DNA from: Acidilobaceae archaeon
GTDB taxonomy: Archaea; Thermoproteota; Thermoprotei_A; Sulfolobales; Acidilobaceae
Reading direction: 5' to 3'
NCBI GenBank assembly: GCA_027013765.1
Contig: JALWGG010000186.1
Span: forward strand, 1 to 30,838
Length of the DNA: 30,838 nucleotides
Shown here: piece after piece, positions 26,183 to 30,838 of the stretch
Position numbering within the stretch: the stretch's first letter is position 1
How the letters are laid out: each line of letters starts with the position of its first letter
Translations under genes and position numbers: made by a program
The notes under the pieces: generated by a model
Databases searched by the model: none
Told to the model about the DNA's origin: nothing
Seen by the model: only the letters and a program-made list of their open reading frames with translations

Positions 26183-28154
26183 GGACCTCATAGAAGCCCT
26201 GCCAGAAATAGCTGCAAGGCTAAGGTCCTCCGGGCACAGTATAGGGACCAGCCAGCTGGTGGAGGCCGCCAGGATCCTTGAGTCATACGCTGGTTTGAGG
26301 GGACAACATAGGATTGAGGAGGGGGAGGCGGCATTCATACTAGCAAGCGTTCTATCATCCCGGGGGGTTACAGAGCACGAGGTCCAGGCCGTGCTGAAGG
26401 AGGCGATGGCCAGGAGGGGGTTAAGGGAGAGGGCCGAGAGGATACTCATAGATATCGAGGAGAGGCTTAAAGCGATAAACGCCAGGCCGGGGGCCAGGGT
26501 TTCACGGAGGAAGCTCCCAGGCGGTAAGAGGGAGAGGAGGACTAAGGTCAAGGCGTATATGGAGTTGAAGAGGATAGGGGTCATCGAGTCCAGGGAGGGC
26601 GGCGACAGGGTCGTGGACCAGGCCTCGATCAGGAGGATCGCCTGGACGCTGGCGAGGAACGGGTATGAAGGGGTTGAAGACGCTGTAAGGAGCTCGCACG
26701 ATATACCAGCCAGCCAGGCCATGGCCGTGGCTGAGGCGGGGATAGAACTGACGGGGGAGGCCTTAAGCAGGATCGACGGGTGGAGATTATTGAAGCTGGG
26801 GGAGGCCTCGATAAGGAAGGGCAACCGTAGGATGCTTAAAGCAGTGGCCGAGGAGGTTTCCAAGAGGATCCTATCCGGGCACAGGCTGGAGCCGGGAGCC
26901 GCTAGAAGGATCCTGGACAGGGCAGGACTCCTTACACCAGACCACGACAAGATGCTATACATGACCAGCCATGGAAGGCTTGACCTGGGCGAGGAGGATC
27001 CGGATATAGATACTATTATAGAGGCCGTCAGGGGGATGGACCAGGACGAGGCTGCAATGCTCATCGCCAGAGCCCTGAAGAGACTGGAGCCGGAGAAGGC
27101 TAGGAGCCTATTATCAGGCGTAGACCCATACCTCCTCTGGGAGGTCAAGAAGACCAGGCTAGGCGGTGTAGAGGCTAGGCTCGTGAGGGCCCTGGGAGAC
27201 GCGGCTAGGGCCGTCAGGGAGGCCATGCTCTACACTGAGACCGGGAACCCGGGCAGGGCTGATATGGCGAGGGATTACATAGATAGGGCTAGGATGGAGG
27301 CAGAGGACCTGGAGGGCGTCAGTATCGGGGGTCTTGGCAGGTCCTCGGTTGAGGAGCTTGTGACGGTTGCAGAGGCTATACTCTCCATGGCCTCTGCAGA
27401 CTCCCCGGCGCCGGGCGAGCTCTCCAGGCTACTCTCAATGATGGACTTCGAGAAGGCTGTCAAGGTCCTCAGGGGCTTGTATAGGAGTGGGGACCCCCGG
27501 TGGAGGGGGATCCTGGAATGGGCCCTGGAGAGGATCATCTACATGGCGTCATCGAGGGAGGGGCTTAGGCCTCTCCCAAAGTGGAGGCTATCAGGGTCCA
27601 GTAGGGGGAGGCTTGATCTCAGGAGGAGTATATATAGGAGGGTTAGGGCCTCCCCCGACCCCCTGGTCTATAGGGTTAGGAAGAGGTCGAACCTGGTATC
27701 CCTGGCGCTAGACACGAGCGGCTCGATGCAGTCCTACTCCATATGGGCCCTGGGGATGGCGGCGATCTTCGCCAGGAGCATGGATAAGATAGTATTATTC
27801 TCCCATACGGTGGAAGAGTATAGGGGCCCCTTCGGGAGGAGGGATATAGCCAGGATACTACTATCGGCAAGGTTCCAGGGGTATACAGACGTGTATAATG
27901 GTATAAACGCGGCCTCAGATACAAGGGCTAAGAGGATAGTCGTGATATCCGATCTAACGCAGACAGTGGATAGCGGAGACCCCCTGGAAGCGTCCCTGAG
28001 GGCGTCTAGGGCGGGTAAGAAGCTCATATTCATAGTACCCCTAAGGCACGACGAGGACCTCAGGAGCAGCCTTGAAAGGGCCGGGTTCACCGTCACACTA
28101 GCACATACTCCAAGGCACGCGGCTAGGCAGGTCCTCAGGGCCTTCTCCAGGTGA
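26160..28154 (+). CDS. CoxE-like vWA-domain protein, MoxR partner
   Basis: N-terminal LRSSGHSIGTSQLVEAARIL (CoxE-like), long helical middle region, GRLDLRRSI, and C-terminal MIDAS LDTSGSM ... GYTD ... ISD. Overlaps the 3' end of the MoxR gene. Confidence 0.88.
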   Translation: MLRLFNIEDLIEALPEIAARLRSSGHSIGTSQLVEAARILESYAGLRGQHRIEEGEAAFILASVLSSRGVTEHEVQAVLKEAMARRGLRERAERILIDIEERLKAINARPGARVSRRKLPGGKRERRTKVKAYMELKRIGVIESREGGDRVVDQASIRRIAWTLARNGYEGVEDAVRSSHDIPASQAMAVAEAGIELTGEALSRIDGWRLLKLGEASIRKGNRRMLKAVAEEVSKRILSGHRLEPGAARRILDRAGLLTPDHDKMLYMTSHGRLDLGEEDPDIDTIIEAVRGMDQDEAAMLIARALKRLEPEKARSLLSGVDPYLLWEVKKTRLGGVEARLVRALGDAARAVREAMLYTETGNPGRADMARDYIDRARMEAEDLEGVSIGGLGRSSVEELVTVAEAILSMASADSPAPGELSRLLSMMDFEKAVKVLRGLYRSGDPRWRGILEWALERIIYMASSREGLRPLPKWRLSGSSRGRLDLRRSIYRRVRASPDPLVYRVRKRSNLVSLALDTSGSMQSYSIWALGMAAIFARSMDKIVLFSHTVEEYRGPFGRRDIARILLSARFQGYTDVYNGINAASDTRAKRIVVISDLTQTVDSGDPLEASLRASRAGKKLIFIVPLRHDEDLRSSLERAGFTVTLAHTPRHAARQVLRAFSR

Positions 28155-29376
28155 ATGGGTTAACCCCCCTGACACCCTCTATAACCTCCCCCCCAATGAA
28201 CACTGTCTCGCCGCCCACGAGGACCTCTATAGGCCTCCCAGCCATCCTAGCCATCGTGGATGGGTAGTGCCTGGCCATGCTATACGCTGGCCCGGGGAAC
28301 CTCCACACGGCCCTGGGGTCATAGACCAGTATATTACCCCTGGCACCCTCCCGTATAACCCCGTAATCCTCCAGACCAGCAACCACGGCGGGGCCCCTGC
28401 TGGCTAGCCATAGGAACTCTGACAAGTCTAAAGCCCCGACCGATACAAGCCTATAGACTAGCCACGGCCAGGACTCTAGCCACGGGATCCCGGGGCTACA
28501 GTATAGGGGGTCACTCTTCTCCCATAACGCGTGGGGGGCGTGGTCGCTTGCAAACGCGTCCACCAGGCCTTCAAGAAGCATGTACACTAGCCAGGAGGGC
28601 TCGTGCCAGGGCCTCAACGGGGGGTTAACCCTGTACATGCACCCAGCCCCGGTGAGTGTGCTATAGAATAAGTGGTGTGGGGTTACGTCCACGGTATAGC
28701 CGTGCTTCTTAGCCGCTATGATCGTGGACCTGCATGATGCATGGGTTACATGCACCCTGCCACCCCCCATCCCGGCGAGGACCTCCACAGCGGCGGCCTC
28801 GAACCCACAGTTCCTATGAGCCTCCCTAGACACCAGGTCCTCGGCCACAGCGGATCCAGCCTCAGGTAGCTCGGGGTGGAGGACTACCAGGCTCCCAGAG
28901 GATAGTGCACCCTTAACCCCACCACTCCTCTCATAGAGGTCCTCAGGGTAGACCTTGAACCCAGCGATAGCCTCGGATAACAGCTCCTCCACGCGTCTAG
29001 GGTCCCTGGGGATTGCGGCGAATAACCCATGATCCACGGGCGCCCTAGACAACGCCTCAAGCTTAGCCCTAACGGTCTCCCTATTATCCGCCCTTGGGAG
29101 GGTGTTCGGCATGTCTATGACCAGTGTGATGCCCGAGGCCGCAGCCGCCCTGCCGCCGGTCTCCTCGGTCTCCTTATATGAGTACTCAAGCCCCCTCAGG
29201 TGGACGTGTATGTCTATGAGGCCCGGCGACACGATATACCCGGTCCCCGTGTAGTCCCTCACCCTACCCCTGCCGGGAGCCTTCCTCACACTCCTTATAA
29301 ACCCGTCCTCAACGCCTATACAGCCGCTTCCGAGCAGGCCCCTATAGTCTGCAAGGTTCCCACAGATCCAATCCAA
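28135..29376 (-). CDS. pyrC: Dihydroorotase
   Basis: IDIHVHLRG, AAASGITLVIDMPNTLP, GFKVYP, VLHPE, HVTHAS, DVTPHHL, VNPPLR and ASDHAPH. Divergent from pyrD. Confidence 0.92.
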   Translation of the reverse strand: MDWICGNLADYRGLLGSGCIGVEDGFIRSVRKAPGRGRVRDYTGTGYIVSPGLIDIHVHLRGLEYSYKETEETGGRAAAASGITLVIDMPNTLPRADNRETVRAKLEALSRAPVDHGLFAAIPRDPRRVEELLSEAIAGFKVYPEDLYERSGGVKGALSSGSLVVLHPELPEAGSAVAEDLVSREAHRNCGFEAAAVEVLAGMGGGRVHVTHASCRSTIIAAKKHGYTVDVTPHHLFYSTLTGAGCMYRVNPPLRPWHEPSWLVYMLLEGLVDAFASDHAPHALWEKSDPLYCSPGIPWLESWPWLVYRLVSVGALDLSEFLWLASRGPAVVAGLEDYGVIREGARGNILVYDPRAVWRFPGPAYSMARHYPSTMARMAGRPIEVLVGGETVFIGGEVIEGVRGVNPFTWRRP

Positions 29377-29418
29377 TCCAGGCCCAGGCTTAGTATATGG
29401 GGTGTGCTGGGTTAATTA

Positions 29419-30441
29419 GTGGTGCAAGGGCCACTGGAGGATGGGAGTGGGTTCCCGGTGGAGGACCCTATAGAGGCTGGCTGGAGGATCCTGAGGGAGA
29501 CCCCCCCGCTGGCTGCCTGGAGGCTCCTCCACAGGCTCAGGGCGGAGGTCCTCGATGGCATAGCAAGAACCGTGGGGAGGCCAAAGCCCCCCCAGGGGCT
29601 CTCAAGGGATTTCCTAGGGGTTAGGGTGGAGCATCCCATAGGCATAGCGGCTGGCCTGGACAAGGACGCATCGATGGTCTGGCTCGCATGGTCCATGGGC
29701 GCGGGCTTCCACGTGGTTGGCAGCGTCCTCCCCCACCCATACCCCGGTGTCGAGCCCAAGGTCCTCGTCAGGCTCAGCGACGGGGGCACGATTAACAGGC
29801 TAGGCCTCCCCAGCAAGGGGCCATCCAGGGTGGTTGAGAGGTTGAGTATGCACAAGCCCCCGGGGATGCCAGTGGCAGTCAGCATAGCAGCGTTCACCCC
29901 AAAGGGCTACGGCGAGGTGTATAGAGCGGTCTCGGGCCACGCAGCCTGGGTGGAGGTCAACATAAGCTGCCCCAACGTTGAGACCCACAGGACCTTCGAG
30001 GACCCCGAGGAGGTCGAGACGATCTGCAGCTACCTGAAGCCGAGGACCTCCCCGATACTACTAAAGATCCCCCCCACAAGGGACGACGCACTACTCAAAA
30101 GATACGTGGACGCCGCTACCTCATGCGGCTTCCAAGGAATAGTAGCTGGAAACACAATGAAGATCACATACAAGGGCCTGAACGCCGGCCTCGGAGGCCC
30201 AAGACTCTTCAACACGACACTATACATGATCAAAAGACTCAGAACCCACGCCCCAGAAGGGTTCAAGCTAATCGGCGTAGGAGGCATAAACAACGGAGCC
30301 AAGGCAGCTACACTCCTCAAAGCAGGAGCAGACCTCATCGAGGTCCTCAGCGCAATCATACACAGAGGCCCCAAAACCCCCTGGACCATAGCAAAAGAAC
30401 TATCCACAAAAAGAACCAACAATAACCCACAAACATCCTAA
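29419..30441 (+). CDS. pyrD: Dihydroorotate dehydrogenase
   Basis: PIGIAAGLDK, INRLGL, EVNISCPN, LLKIPP, NT, GGP and LIGVGGI FMN-binding and active-site motifs. An alternative GTG start lies near 29458. Confidence 0.93.
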   Translation: MVQGPLEDGSGFPVEDPIEAGWRILRETPPLAAWRLLHRLRAEVLDGIARTVGRPKPPQGLSRDFLGVRVEHPIGIAAGLDKDASMVWLAWSMGAGFHVVGSVLPHPYPGVEPKVLVRLSDGGTINRLGLPSKGPSRVVERLSMHKPPGMPVAVSIAAFTPKGYGEVYRAVSGHAAWVEVNISCPNVETHRTFEDPEEVETICSYLKPRTSPILLKIPPTRDDALLKRYVDAATSCGFQGIVAGNTMKITYKGLNAGLGGPRLFNTTLYMIKRLRTHAPEGFKLIGVGGINNGAKAATLLKAGADLIEVLSAIIHRGPKTPWTIAKELSTKRTNNNPQTS

Positions 30442-30495
30442 AGACACAACAAGCAAGACAGGTCTAGAACTCATGCAAGCTCCCAGGAGTGCCAA

Positions 30496-30547
30496 CCTGC
30501 GGATCCGCAGGAGTCCCGGGCCCCGAATCCCGGCGGATCCGTCACCA
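30496..30547 (+). pseudogene. Decayed tRNA-like fragment (anticodon arm, T arm, acceptor 3' strand), resembling tRNA-Ala
   Basis: CCTGC/GCAGG stem, AGTC variable loop, CCGGG-ccccGAAT-CCCGG T arm, CGGATCC (U at position 70), then GTCACCA. Resembles the archaeal tRNA-Ala 3' half GCGGGAGATCCCGGGTTCGAATCCCGGCCGGTCCACCA (recalled). No D arm or 5' acceptor strand at the canonical place. Confidence 0.45.
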
Positions 30548-30676
30548 GACCTCACAAAACATCATAAAGCTACGTGTAGAATGTATCGGTATCCGAGACC
30601 GTAAATCCCAGCCGGACTCTTCGCGGACCAGATTATCTTGTCTGCATAAGTAAATTATAATATGTAATAACCATCT

Positions 30677-30838
30677 TTAATGGAGGTGTTTCATTATATC
30701 TTCAACGTTTACATTGCGTAGTAGGACCACTTTCACTCCTAGTGTTTCCGCATGCCTACTCATAGATCCATCGTCCGTAACGAGGAGTGCGTCACGGTCT
30801 CAGCCAGCCGTCGCACCCTCAGGACCCCGTCTGCATGG
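30677..30838 (-). pseudogene. 3' end of a PIN-like protein gene with an apparent frameshift near 30800
   Basis: One frame reads HADGVLRVRRLAE. A second frame continues DRDALLVTDDGSMSRHAETLGVKVVLLRNVNVEDIMKHLH* (30799-30677), matching the PIN C-terminal pattern A..r.a.LvTdD..l.r.A..lGv.v. Confidence 0.55.

Noticed and set aside
8819-30409. ATCCACA motifs resembling bacterial DnaA boxes (TTATCCACA), suggesting an origin
   Set aside because: The host is archaeal, the matches are imperfect and dispersed, and there are no ORB elements or orc1/cdc6 gene in the window.
30800-30802. In-frame TGA before the PIN-like tail as a recoded (Sec or readthrough) codon
   Set aside because: The same-frame upstream peptide (PCRRGPEGATAG) is not PIN-like, whereas the alternative frame is. 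A frameshift explains the data better, and no SECIS-like context is evident.
1-30838. CRISPR arrays, rRNA genes, intact tRNAs, IS elements or transposases, integrases, inteins
   Set aside because: No regularly spaced 24-40 bp repeats, no rRNA-like sequence and no complete cloverleaf. No transposase or recombinase motifs, and no C/S...HN intein-sized insertions in hisS, ppsA or the radical SAM gene. The subtilase insert lacks intein termini.

Overview
Archaeal chromosomal window of about 31 kb, most likely from an aerobic hyperthermophilic Desulfurococcales crenarchaeon related to Aeropyrum. This is inferred from the SOD sequence, the tetrabrachion/STABLE-type S-layer locus, GGTGA/GGAGG SD motifs and TTTA(T/A)A promoters. 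Left arm, mostly housekeeping: sod, an AbrB-PhoU regulator, a COG2108-type radical SAM enzyme, hisS and ppsA. Middle (7.6-19.1 kb), a cell-surface cluster: a Thr-linker membrane protein, a very large class III signal-peptide (pilin-like) protein, a 1419-aa S-layer protein with a coiled-coil stalk, and a 1308-aa subtilase with a large insertion between catalytic Asp and His. Right (19.2-28.2 kb), a co-directional block: a single-chain RHH + UPF0175-like + PIN fusion, a tandem pair of stand-alone vWA proteins (one with MIDAS intact, one without), endonuclease IV, an ICMT-like methyltransferase, TrmY, DHH, GNAT and a MoxR/CoxE-type vWA pair. Divergent pyrC/pyrD follow. Features outside the ORF track: a dual-guide box C/D sRNA (23429-23477, minus strand) whose guides match two neighbouring 16S rRNA segments, a decayed tRNA(Ala)-like 3' fragment (30496-30547) and a frameshifted PIN-like gene end at the right edge. 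No CRISPR array, rRNA, intact tRNA, transposase or integrase was seen. All family assignments come from motif recognition by eye and recalled sequences; no searches were run.
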